In this document: positions 8,478-17,106 of the stretch, one piece after another | Numbering within the stretch: the stretch's first letter is position 1 | How the letters are laid out: each line of letters starts with the position of its first letter | Origin: an uncultured Dehalococcoidales bacterium | GTDB lineage: Bacteria; Chloroflexota; Dehalococcoidia; GIF9; AB-539-J10 | DNA: 25,055 nucleotides | Reading direction: 5' to 3' | Assembly: GCA_964540185.1 (NCBI GenBank) | Contig: CAZILT010000068.1 | Span: 1-25,055 of the forward strand | The notes under the pieces: model-generated | What the model was told of the DNA's origin: nothing | The model's database searches: none | Seen by the model: only the letters and a program-made list of their open reading frames with translations | Position numbers and translations under genes: made by a program

Positions 8478-8672
8478 CTATCCCTTTCTCTTAGGTGCTT
8501 TGACCTCAATCGCTTGCCTATCATTATAGCTACCGCAAGTAGGGCAAACATGGTGAGCCAACTTAGGGCTATGGCATTTAGGGCAGATATCCAAAGCAGG
8601 TAAGGCAAGCCTAAGATGACTACGCCTTTTCCCCTGGCGCGCTTTGGCATATTTTCTTTTAGGCAGAGCCAT
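8478..8672 (-). CDS. rpmF: 50S ribosomal protein L32 (Zn-binding C+ form)
   Basis: MALPKRK...RRSH, CPKC...HHVCPTCGSY, SD AAGGAGGT. Confidence 0.95.
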   Translation of the reverse strand: MALPKRKYAKARQGKRRSHLRLALPALDICPKCHSPKLAHHVCPTCGSYNDRQAIEVKAPKRKG

Positions 8673-9123
8673 ATGAACTTACCTCCTTGATTCCACCACA
8701 ATCAGGTTGACAAAGTGGTTTCATGGGCAAATTTAACAAGGTATACTGGCGGATCAGTTCTCCTAAGTCAAGCATATTATTGCTATTAATGCTGAAGTCA
8801 CCCGATACAGGGAACAAGGCTGACCCGCTGGGTATGTCAATTGCAGGAAGGAATTCCTCTTCGATGTGGAAACTAACGGGATAAAGAAAAGCATCAAGGC
8901 AGCGACTGCATGTAAGTTCTACTTCAACGGTTAGTTCACCTTGAACCAAAATCTCTTGACCACCGTGGGTTAGTGTTACCTTTCCCCAGATAGAGTTTTT
9001 AGCTGGCCCACTGAATATTTCGCCTACGCGATAGCTGCGACTACAGCCAACGGGGGCTTTCAATAGTCGAGTCATATCTATTAAACCTTTGAAAGGCTTT
9101 CCATTAAGTTCTTCAGCTGTCAT
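8659..9123 (-). CDS. yceD: YceD/DUF177 family protein
   Basis: CSRCL and PMKPLCQPDCGG motifs, directly upstream of rpmF. Start trimmed from 9246 to ATG 9123 (the longer ORF would overlap the divergent gene and promoter). Confidence 0.88.
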   Translation of the reverse strand: MTAEELNGKPFKGLIDMTRLLKAPVGCSRSYRVGEIFSGPAKNSIWGKVTLTHGGQEILVQGELTVEVELTCSRCLDAFLYPVSFHIEEEFLPAIDIPSGSALFPVSGDFSINSNNMLDLGELIRQYTLLNLPMKPLCQPDCGGIKEVSSYGSA

Positions 9124-9165
9124 GGCTAACCTAAAGTAACACCTAGAAGTGTAAGCGAAAGGTAA

Positions 9166-9194
9166 AGTATAATAGTTAGTCTGAGGGTTTTCAA
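9166..9194 (-). promoter_or_regulatory. Sigma70 promoter for yceD-rpmF-fabD-nusB-acpP
   Basis: TTGAAA (9194-9189), 17-nt spacer, TATACT (9171-9166). Overlaps a plus-strand TATAAT at 9168-9173. Confidence 0.6.
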
Positions 9195-9197
9195 GCA

Positions 9198-10373
9198 TTG
9201 GAGACAGAGGGGTTAAAAACAAGAGTAAGGGATAAGGTAGAAGCACAACATCGAGAGCTTGTCCAGTTAAGCCTTAAACTTCATGATAACCCAGAGTTAG
9301 GTTTCCAGGAGAAAAAGGCAGCGGCTTCGCTCATCGCTTACCTCAAAGGCAATGGATTCCGAGTAAAGAAATGCATTGCGGGCTTGCCTACAGCCTTCCA
9401 AGCTGTATATGGGCACGGTAGTCCGAGGATTGCCTTGCTGGCTGAGTATGATGCTTTACCTAAGATAGGGCATGGCTGTGGGCATAATATAATAGCTGCA
9501 TCAGCAGTGGGTGCCGGTATTGCTAGCAAGCTTGCCATTGATAGTTTGGGGGGTAGCATTATAGTTCTAGGCACGCCTGGAGAGGAGATTTTTGGTGGCA
9601 AGATAGACATGGTCAATGCCGGTATCTTTAATGAAATAGACGTGGCGATGATGGTGCATCCTGATACTCGGAATCTGGCAACCATGCAGGCATTTGCTTG
9701 CATTTCCTTAAATGTAGAATTCATTGGCAAGCCCGCTCATGCTGCTGCCCAACCAGATAGAGGCGTAAATGCTCTCGAGGCCCTAATTTTAGCTTTTAAC
9801 TCTATAAATTCGTTACGTCAGCATGTAAAAGGAGAGGCACGCATTCATGGTATAATCACTGATGGTGGTGACGCTCCTAATATAGTGCCGGCTCATAGTG
9901 CTGCTAGCTTCTTGATACGTGCCTTAGATACTGCTTACCTTGGTGAACTGAAGGAAAAAGTGTTGAATTGTTTCCAAGGAGCATCTTTAGCTAGTGGAGC
10001 CGAGCTAAAGTATAGCTGGGGAGAAAAGACTTATGCTTTTATGAAAAATAATGGCACTTTGGCCGGGTTATTCAGCCAAAATATGGAGTTGCTAGGACGC
10101 CATATGGAAGTTTTTGACCCTCGTTTTGGCTGTGGCAGCACAGATATGGGAAATGTAAGCCAGGTGGTGCCCAGTATACATCCTATGGTGGCTATTGCGC
10201 CTCCTGGGGTGGTGATACATTCACCACAGTTTGCATCTGCGGCTGCTTCTGAGGATAGCCATAAGGGGCTGTTAGATGCGGCTAAGGCGATGGCAATGAC
10301 TGTCGTTGATATTCTTGGTCAGCCTGAGATGCTAGGTAAGATTAGGCAGGAATTCCGGAGTGGCCATGATTAA
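9198..10373 (+). CDS. M20D family amidohydrolase (AbgB/ACY1L2-like)
   Basis: LHDNPELGFQE, AEYDAL, GHGCGHN, GTPGEE, GKPAHAA, GSTDMGNVSQ..PSIHP. TTG start. Confidence 0.92.
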   Translation: METEGLKTRVRDKVEAQHRELVQLSLKLHDNPELGFQEKKAAASLIAYLKGNGFRVKKCIAGLPTAFQAVYGHGSPRIALLAEYDALPKIGHGCGHNIIAASAVGAGIASKLAIDSLGGSIIVLGTPGEEIFGGKIDMVNAGIFNEIDVAMMVHPDTRNLATMQAFACISLNVEFIGKPAHAAAQPDRGVNALEALILAFNSINSLRQHVKGEARIHGIITDGGDAPNIVPAHSAASFLIRALDTAYLGELKEKVLNCFQGASLASGAELKYSWGEKTYAFMKNNGTLAGLFSQNMELLGRHMEVFDPRFGCGSTDMGNVSQVVPSIHPMVAIAPPGVVIHSPQFASAAASEDSHKGLLDAAKAMAMTVVDILGQPEMLGKIRQEFRSGHD

Positions 10374-11349
10374 AGTGGGTATCCCGCGGGCTTTGCTTTA
10401 CTACCAGTATTATCCTATGTGGAAAACTTTTTTTGAAAGTTTAGGTGCAGAGGTAGTAGTATCGCCGCAAACTAATAAGGCCATACTAAATTCAGGCGTC
10501 ACCCGGGCAGTTGCTGATACCTGCTTGCCAGTAAAGCTTTTTCTGGGGCATGTTGTCTCTTTGATAGACAAATGTGACTATATATTTGCCCCGGCGGTTA
10601 TCAATCTGGGCAAGAAGACTTATAACTGCTCTAAAATTATCGGTTTACCTAACATGGTTAGAGCATTAATCCCTGAATGCCCTGTAGTTCTTGCCCCACA
10701 GATAGATGTGGGAAAGTGGCGCTATCATTTATATCACAATATTTATGAGTTGGGGCACCGTTTTACCTCCAGTCCGTTTAAGATCCAAAAAGCGGTTGAG
10801 GAGGCCTGGAAAAGCAACCTGACTTACCGAAATAAGATGTCCCAAGAAGGACTTACCTGCCTTGAGGCTATCAGTGAAGTGTGCCAAGAGGGATCGCGGT
10901 CAGCTTCTGGTTTTGATTCATCTCCACTGCTGACTATCGCTGTTATTGGGCATCCTTATGTCATCTATGATGATTATCTTAACCATCGCTTAATTTTGCA
11001 ATTGCAATCAATGGGGACTAAAATTCTCGTTCCCGAAATGGTGCCTGAGGAGGAGCTTGATGCCGCCGCAATAAGGCTGGTGGGTGCTCCTCATTGGGCA
11101 TTTGAGACTGACATTATCGGCGCTGGTGAATATTACTTGGAAGCGAAAGTCGATGGTCTCATTAATCTCTCTGTCTTTGGCTGTGGTCCTGATTCAATGA
11201 TGGTGAGCTTTGTAAAGCATCGAGCCCGAGAGCTTGGGATTCCCTTTTTACACCTTAGTCTGGATGAGCATGCCAGTGCAGGGGGAGTGCTTACTCGCTT
11301 AGAAGCTTTCCTTGACATGATTAAACGGAGGGAGAGGATATGCGTGTAG
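10366..11349 (+). CDS. DUF2229-type Fe-S subunit (2-hydroxyacyl-CoA dehydratase/PlsA reductase-domain-like)
   Basis: KVGIPRALLYY, DTCLPVK, NCSKIIGLP, IGHPYVIYD, FGCGPDS, LDEH...G..TRLEAF. Three conserved Cys. ATG 10366 follows GGAG. Confidence 0.8.
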   Translation: MIKVGIPRALLYYQYYPMWKTFFESLGAEVVVSPQTNKAILNSGVTRAVADTCLPVKLFLGHVVSLIDKCDYIFAPAVINLGKKTYNCSKIIGLPNMVRALIPECPVVLAPQIDVGKWRYHLYHNIYELGHRFTSSPFKIQKAVEEAWKSNLTYRNKMSQEGLTCLEAISEVCQEGSRSASGFDSSPLLTIAVIGHPYVIYDDYLNHRLILQLQSMGTKILVPEMVPEEELDAAAIRLVGAPHWAFETDIIGAGEYYLEAKVDGLINLSVFGCGPDSMMVSFVKHRARELGIPFLHLSLDEHASAGGVLTRLEAFLDMIKRRERICV

Positions 11350-12434
11350 GTATACCTCATTTTGGCAACGTCTATGTAGCTATAAAAAGCATGGTTTATA
11401 GACTGGGCGCCATTGATGGTGAGCTTGTGATCCCACCACCAATGACTCAGAGAACATTAGAGCTGGGAATCAAGTACTCACCGACGGAGGCTTGCTTACC
11501 TTATAAGCTTACTCTAGGCAGTTTAATCGAGGCCTGTGAGCTGGGGGCAGATACCCTGGCCCAGGCTAGAGGGACTGGCATCTGCCGTTTGGGCTACTAT
11601 GCCAAGGGGCAGGAACAAATGCTTTGTGACCTGGGTTATAATGCTCACTTCATCACTATTGATGTGTCTCACCATAAGATTGCTAGCATTCTGCAGCTTA
11701 TAAGGGACATGACCAATAATGCCCCGTGGCATGAAATTATTTCAGCGTTTTTCTTTGGTATAGGTAAGCTAGCTGCCTTAGATAGAGTGGAAAGGGTAGT
11801 CTGGAAGATAAGGGCAGTGGAATTGGAGAAGGGGGTGGCTAATCGAATCTACCGGGAAGCTGTTAAGGCCATTGATGGCGCGACTAGTAGCAAGGAAGTA
11901 AGAAGGATAACTAAAGAATACACTGACAGGCTAAATAAAGTTCCCAGGGATCCTGAGGCTGATCCGCTTAAGGTGGGCATAGTAGGTGAAATTTATGTTG
12001 TTATAGAGCCCTTTGCCAATATGGATATAGAGGTGGAGTTAGGCAAATTGGGGGTAGAGGTCGAGCGAACCATGACTATTTCTCGATGGATCAAATATAG
12101 CCTTTTCCTTAACTACTTAGGTGTAGATGAGTGGAAGGAGGTTCATAAGCTAGCTAAGCCTTACCTTGACCACGATGTTGGGGGTGATGGCTGGGAGTCG
12201 GTGGGTGAGAAGGTGCTCTACTCACAGAGGGGGTATGATGGAGTAATCCATCTAGCCCCTTTTACCTGTATGCCTGAAATAGTAGCTCAGAATATTATGC
12301 CATCGACCAGGGAAGATATACCGGTGCTTGCTGTCACTTGCGATGAACAAATGGCTAAGCAGGGGATGTTGACCAGGCTTGAGGCCTTTGTGGACCTGCT
12401 TGGCTTTAGAAGGAGGAGGCGGGATGGGAGATAA
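11340..12434 (+). CDS. HGD-D-like Fe-S subunit (PlsR-like / CoA protein activase partner)
   Basis: EACLPYK, GICRLGYY, GIVGEIYV, PFTCMPE, DEQ...G..TRLEAF. Three conserved Cys. Paralogous to the preceding gene. Confidence 0.8.
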   Translation: MRVGIPHFGNVYVAIKSMVYRLGAIDGELVIPPPMTQRTLELGIKYSPTEACLPYKLTLGSLIEACELGADTLAQARGTGICRLGYYAKGQEQMLCDLGYNAHFITIDVSHHKIASILQLIRDMTNNAPWHEIISAFFFGIGKLAALDRVERVVWKIRAVELEKGVANRIYREAVKAIDGATSSKEVRRITKEYTDRLNKVPRDPEADPLKVGIVGEIYVVIEPFANMDIEVELGKLGVEVERTMTISRWIKYSLFLNYLGVDEWKEVHKLAKPYLDHDVGGDGWESVGEKVLYSQRGYDGVIHLAPFTCMPEIVAQNIMPSTREDIPVLAVTCDEQMAKQGMLTRLEAFVDLLGFRRRRRDGR

Positions 12435-12633
12435 ATTTGCAACGCTGGATAAGTTTGTCACAAGTAAGCAAATGATAGTGTTCTTTATTCTCATTACAAT
12501 TATTTCGGTTTTATTTTATCCCATCTTGAGTTTAAAGCGGAGAAGAGCACTGGAATTGCAGGAGAGTATCAAAACCTTCAATTGTGGTAGGCTTAAAAGC
12601 TTTGGCGGAACATCTCTTAAGAGAGTAGACTAG
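12424..12633 (+). CDS. Putative 69-aa single-pass membrane protein
   Basis: AGGAGG SD 7 nt before ATG 12424. MGDKFATLDKFVTSKQMIVFFILITIISVLFYPILSLKRRRALE... has one hydrophobic stretch followed by KRRR. Fills the gap between its neighbours exactly. Confidence 0.45.
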   Translation: MGDKFATLDKFVTSKQMIVFFILITIISVLFYPILSLKRRRALELQESIKTFNCGRLKSFGGTSLKRVD

Positions 12634-12641
12634 AGGGAGTT

Positions 12642-13607
12642 ATGAAAACTTATCTTGGTATTGATGTTGGTTCGGTTACCACCAAATTAGCTTTGCTTGA
12701 CGAAAGCAATGAGATTCTAGCATCTATCTATTTGCGAACTCGGGGTAATCCGGTTGATATGATAAAGGAAGGGTTGGAGGAGATAAGAAAGCAGATGCCC
12801 CCCGAGGCTGAAATTTGTGGCGTGGCTACCACAGGAAGTGGTAGAGCGCTGGCTGGCGTTATGGTTGGTGCCGACTTGGTGAAAAATGAGATCACTGCTC
12901 ATGCGGTCGCTGCTATGTACTATGTATCTGATGTGCAAACTGTGTTTGAAATTGGAGGACAGGATAGCAAAATTATCATAATTCGTGATGGCGTAGTTGT
13001 TGATTTTGGCATGAACTCAGTATGTGCTGCTGGCACTGGTAGTTTTCTTGAGCATCAAGCTGAGCGATTGAACATAAGGGTTGAGGATTTCGGGGGCCAT
13101 GCCTTGAGGAGCAGAAATCCAGCGCGCATCGCCGGGCGCTGTACTGTTTTTGCTGAATCAGACATGATTCATAAACAGCAGATGGGCTATCCCATTGATG
13201 ACATCATTTATGGATTGTGTCAATCAATGGTGCGTAACTATCTCAATAATGTTGCTTTAGGCAAAGAAATCCTGCCTAGAATGGTATTCCAAGGTGGTGT
13301 TGCTTTCAATAAAGGGATAGTCAGGGCATTCAATGAAACCTTCCACACGGAAGTTTATATTCCTCCTCACAAGGAACTCATGGGTGCCATTGGAGCTGCT
13401 ATGTTGGTGTATGAAGAAGTGAAGAATAATGGTCACATGACAGGTTTTAAAGGATTTAGTGTCAGCCAAACAGAATTCCAGATGTCCTCTTTTATATGTA
13501 AAGCTTGCCCTAACCTGTGCGAGATATCCCAAATTTCTGTCGATGGCAGGGTTCTGGCAAGATGGGGGGGACGTTGTGACATGTGGGAAAGGGTAGAAGG
13601 TAGATGA
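12642..13607 (+). CDS. ATP-dependent CoA-substrate enzyme activase (BcrAD/BadFG/HgdC ASKHA ATPase) with C-terminal Cys motif
   Basis: GIDVGSVTTK, TTGSGR, IGGQDSK, VCAAGTGSFLE, RCTVFAES, GAIGAA, plus C-terminal CKACPNLC...GGRC. Confidence 0.88.
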   Translation: MKTYLGIDVGSVTTKLALLDESNEILASIYLRTRGNPVDMIKEGLEEIRKQMPPEAEICGVATTGSGRALAGVMVGADLVKNEITAHAVAAMYYVSDVQTVFEIGGQDSKIIIIRDGVVVDFGMNSVCAAGTGSFLEHQAERLNIRVEDFGGHALRSRNPARIAGRCTVFAESDMIHKQQMGYPIDDIIYGLCQSMVRNYLNNVALGKEILPRMVFQGGVAFNKGIVRAFNETFHTEVYIPPHKELMGAIGAAMLVYEEVKNNGHMTGFKGFSVSQTEFQMSSFICKACPNLCEISQISVDGRVLARWGGRCDMWERVEGR

Positions 13608-14563
13608 GCAAGACTTATCAGGTAATTGTCATTGGTGGTGGACCTGCTGGTCTTACTGCTGGCTTGTATTGCGCTCGCTCAGGGCTTGATGTCTTGCTTA
13701 TTGAGAGAGGAGTGATGGGTGGGCAGATAACCTATGCTGAGAGGCTGGAGAATTATCCCGGTTTTCCCCAAGGAGTTTCCGGCATCGAGCTGGGGCAACG
13801 CATGCACCAGCAAGCCACTAGCTGGGGGTTGCAAACATTACTCGCTGAGGTCACCAGTCTGATCCCTCACATTCCCCGACAGATAAAGGGAGGTAGGGGA
13901 TGGGATTCTCCTTCGTATCACCTGGTCAACACTAGTGAAGGGGATTTCATAGCTGATTCGGTGATTATCGCCACTGGTTCGCAGTTCCGTAAGTTAGAGG
14001 TGCCTGGAGAAGATGAGCTTGTGGGTAAAGGGGTTTCCTACTGTGCTACTTGTGATGGTCCTTTGTTCCGTGATAAGGCAGTAGCCGTAATAGGGGGTGG
14101 AGATTCTGCTATCACCGAAGCTCTTTATCTAACTAAGTTCGCTTCCTCAGTTAAGATCATCCATCGTCGTAGCCAATTACGAGCTAGCAGGATACTGCGT
14201 GAAAGGGCCAGGATGGAACCCAAAATAGACTTTATCTGGAATTCTGTGGTGACTAAGGTAGAAGGTGATGGAGTGGTCAATCAAGTTAGATTGGAAGACA
14301 CAAAAAATGATACAATATCAGTATTGTCGGTAGCTGGTGTTTTTGTTGCTATCGGGTTAGAACCCAATACTGGCTATTTGCGGGGGATTGTGCCTCTAGA
14401 TGAACAAGGTTACATAATCACCAATGGGGTGATGGAAACGGGAGTGTCAGGAATATTGGCTACAGGCGATGTTCGCCATGACTCAGCCAGGCAGGCGATA
14501 ACTGCTGCTGGCGATGGCGCTACTGCTGCTGTATCAGTGGAGAGGTTTCTCAGTTTACGATGA
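13604..14563 (+). CDS. trxB: Thioredoxin-disulfide reductase
   Basis: [37 protein letters not shown]...QAITAAGDG. Carries an extra loop of about 12-13 aa. Confidence 0.96.
   Translation: MSKTYQVIVIGGGPAGLTAGLYCARSGLDVLLIERGVMGGQITYAERLENYPGFPQGVSGIELGQRMHQQATSWGLQTLLAEVTSLIPHIPRQIKGGRGWDSPSYHLVNTSEGDFIADSVIIATGSQFRKLEVPGEDELVGKGVSYCATCDGPLFRDKAVAVIGGGDSAITEALYLTKFASSVKIIHRRSQLRASRILRERARMEPKIDFIWNSVVTKVEGDGVVNQVRLEDTKNDTISVLSVAGVFVAIGLEPNTGYLRGIVPLDEQGYIITNGVMETGVSGILATGDVRHDSARQAITAAGDGATAAVSVERFLSLR
13864..13894 (+). repeat. Copy 1 of a dispersed pyrimidine/purine palindromic repeat, in frame inside trxB
   Basis: CCCTCACATTCCCCGACAGATAAAGGGAGGT matches 18760-18730 (minus strand) at 26/31 nt without gaps. 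Confidence 0.6.
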
Positions 14564-15012
14564 AGGTCATCTTATTGAAGGATATTCCCGGGAAAGGAGA
14601 GGCTGGAGAGATAAAGGAGGTGAGCCAAGGCTATGCCAGGAATTTCCTTTTGCCTCAAGGCTTGGCCTCAGTAGCAACGCCGACGATTATAAAGCAGGTC
14701 GGGCTGGAGATTCAGAAGGAAAGAGGTCAAAAAACTGTTGACCAAACCAAGTTGGCTGAACTAGCTGGACAGATTGAGGGAAGCAGAATTTATTTTCATA
14801 CCCGTATAGGCGCAGGAGATCGTCTATTTGGCTCTATTACCGCTGCTGACATAGCTAAGGAGCTAAGTCGAGTCACAGGTTCTGTTGTTGATAAGAGGAA
14901 GATAGATATAGACAAGCCCTTGCGCCAGGGGGGTAATCACGAAATAATTGTCAAATTAGCTAAAGGGTTAGAGCCACAAATCACAGTGGTTATCGAGCCA
15001 GAGAGGGCTTAG
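14560..15012 (+). CDS. rplI: 50S ribosomal protein L9
   Basis: [43 protein letters not shown]. Confidence 0.97.
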   Translation: MKVILLKDIPGKGEAGEIKEVSQGYARNFLLPQGLASVATPTIIKQVGLEIQKERGQKTVDQTKLAELAGQIEGSRIYFHTRIGAGDRLFGSITAADIAKELSRVTGSVVDKRKIDIDKPLRQGGNHEIIVKLAKGLEPQITVVIEPERA

Positions 15013-15013
15013 C

Positions 15014-16393
15014 ATGGCACAAGAAAAATTACCCCCCCACGATATTGAGGCGGAGGAGGCTGTAATTGGCTCCTTGCTTATTGATCCTGATGCTATTTTG
15101 AAAGTTGCTATCTTTCTTAAGCCTGAGGACTTTTTTGAGGAGGCTAATCAGCTTATTTACCGAGCTTGTTTCTCCCTTTATCAGCGCAATGAAGCCATAA
15201 ATCAAATCACCGTAGCTCATGAATTGATGCGCCAGAATAAGCTGGAGCAAATTGGCGGTGCTGCCTATTTAAGCCATCTGATATCTATTGTGCCCACGTC
15301 TCTTCATGTTGAACATTATGCGCAGATAGTGTCTAACATGGCAGTAATGCGGCGGTTAATCGCTGCTGCGGGACAGATTGCTGCTATTGGCTATGATGCT
15401 GGACCAGATGTCGAGGCTAGCCTCAATAAAGCTGAAGAGCTCCTTTTCCAATTACGCATGAAGCAGGGAGCCAGGGATTTTGTTCTAGTTCGTGATGTTC
15501 TAGGCCAATACTTTGAAGAGGCTGGACAGCCTGCTGTGCCTCTGGAAGGGAAGATGCCTCACACTCTAACTGGTTTTCCTGGGCTGGATGCCCTCCTGGG
15601 TGGCTTACAGAAATCAGACTTGATTGTTTTAGCTGCCAGGCCTAGCATGGGTAAAACCAGCTTGGCTCTAAATATTGCCAGAAACGCTGCTGTCAACCAA
15701 GGAGCTTGTGTTGCTATATTCAGTTTGGAGATGTCCCGGGAATCAGTAGTTCAGCGTCTTCTGTCTAGCGAGGCAGAGGTAGATTCTAAGCATGTTCGTT
15801 TTGGACATTTTGAAGGAAACGATGAGGTGAGGGTCATGGAGGCCAGTGGAATCTTATCTGAAACGCCAATCTACATCGATGATTCACCTCAGATTCGAGC
15901 TATAGATATAAGAAGCAAAGCGCGGCGCCTTCACTTTGAGCACAATATTGACTTAATAATCGTTGATTACATACAGCTAATAGAGGGTGATGGTAGGAAT
16001 GAAAATCGGGTTCAGGAGCTCAGTAAAATAACTCGTTCATTAAAAATGCTGGCTAGAGAGTTGGATGTACCAGTGCTGGCCGTATCTCAACTTAGCCGGG
16101 CTGTGGAATGGCGAGCCTCCCATATGCCTCAGCTTGCTGACTTGCGCGAAAGCGGCACCATCGAACAGGATGCTGATATTGTTGTTTTTATCTACCGAGA
16201 TGACATGTATTATAAGGAGGAAGACTGGTATAAACTGCATGATATGGAGAAGGAGCCTTATCCGCGTGGCATCGCTGATATTATCGTATCTAAGCACCGT
16301 AACGGCCCTTTAGGGCAAGTTAAGTTGCGTTTCTTGAATAGAGTGGTTAAATTTGATAGCTTGGAGGGGGCCGAGTCAATTTCAGCTATTTGA
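15014..16393 (+). CDS. dnaB: Replicative DNA helicase DnaB
   Basis: PPHDIEAEEAVIG, AARPSMGKT Walker A, FSLEM, DYIQL, SQLSR, LRESGTIEQDAD, KHRNGP. Confidence 0.97.
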   Translation: MAQEKLPPHDIEAEEAVIGSLLIDPDAILKVAIFLKPEDFFEEANQLIYRACFSLYQRNEAINQITVAHELMRQNKLEQIGGAAYLSHLISIVPTSLHVEHYAQIVSNMAVMRRLIAAAGQIAAIGYDAGPDVEASLNKAEELLFQLRMKQGARDFVLVRDVLGQYFEEAGQPAVPLEGKMPHTLTGFPGLDALLGGLQKSDLIVLAARPSMGKTSLALNIARNAAVNQGACVAIFSLEMSRESVVQRLLSSEAEVDSKHVRFGHFEGNDEVRVMEASGILSETPIYIDDSPQIRAIDIRSKARRLHFEHNIDLIIVDYIQLIEGDGRNENRVQELSKITRSLKMLARELDVPVLAVSQLSRAVEWRASHMPQLADLRESGTIEQDADIVVFIYRDDMYYKEEDWYKLHDMEKEPYPRGIADIIVSKHRNGPLGQVKLRFLNRVVKFDSLEGAESISAI

Positions 16394-17106
16394 AAAACGG
16401 AAAGATGTTAAATAAAAAATTTACTGGTTTCCCAGCAGGAGTAACATTTATCTCCTTGCCTGACCTCTTCCTTACTCAGGTGATGCCTCAGATTCAAGAT
16501 GTGGCTGAGCTTAAAGTAACAATTTATATCTTTTATTTGCTCCATCGTAAGCGAGGGTATCCCTGTTTTGTTACATATAGGGAGTTACTGTCTGATAGGG
16601 TATTGATGGCTGGGGTGGGAGAGGGAGCACTTCGTCTTGCTTTAAGCTCAGCGGTAAACCGCGGCACTATTTTACATCTAAACTTAAATATAGATGGTAA
16701 CTGGGAGGATGTTTACTTTGCCAATATGGAAAGTGATAGGAAGGCTATTGATAACATCAAGCGTGGGAAGCTTCCTATTGATGAAATGAAACCCGGCGAG
16801 GAAAGGATACGACGTCCAGTACAATTACCTAACATTTTCGCCCTCTATGAGCAAAATATAGGGATAATAACGCCAATGATTGCTGAAGAGCTTAAAGAGG
16901 CGGAAAGATTATATCCCCCACAGTGGATTGATGAGGCTTTTGAGGAAGCAGTCCTGATGAATAAACGCAGTTGGAGATATATTGCTCGTATTCTTGAACG
17001 CTGGGCTAGCGAAGGTAAGGATAGTGGAAAGCATAGACAAGGTATTAAAAAGAATGACCCCGACAAATACATCAGGGGCAAGTACGGACATCTGGTCAAA
17101 AGATAA
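16390..17106 (+). CDS. DnaD domain protein
   Basis: C-terminal NIFALYEQNIG.ITPMIAEEL...WIDEAFEEAV..NKRSWRYIARILERW DnaD domain. TTGA overlap with the dnaB stop; alternative ATG at 16405. Confidence 0.85.
   Translation: MKNGKMLNKKFTGFPAGVTFISLPDLFLTQVMPQIQDVAELKVTIYIFYLLHRKRGYPCFVTYRELLSDRVLMAGVGEGALRLALSSAVNRGTILHLNLNIDGNWEDVYFANMESDRKAIDNIKRGKLPIDEMKPGEERIRRPVQLPNIFALYEQNIGIITPMIAEELKEAERLYPPQWIDEAFEEAVLMNKRSWRYIARILERWASEGKDSGKHRQGIKKNDPDKYIRGKYGHLVKR

Noticed and set aside
10366-13607. Benzoyl-CoA reductase (BcrABCD) or amino-acid 2-hydroxyacyl-CoA dehydratase
   Set aside because: Only one activase gene is present, there are no aromatic-degradation or CoA-transferase neighbours, and the DUF2229-type subunit and C-terminal Cys motif fit the PlsA-like group better. 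Not fully excluded.
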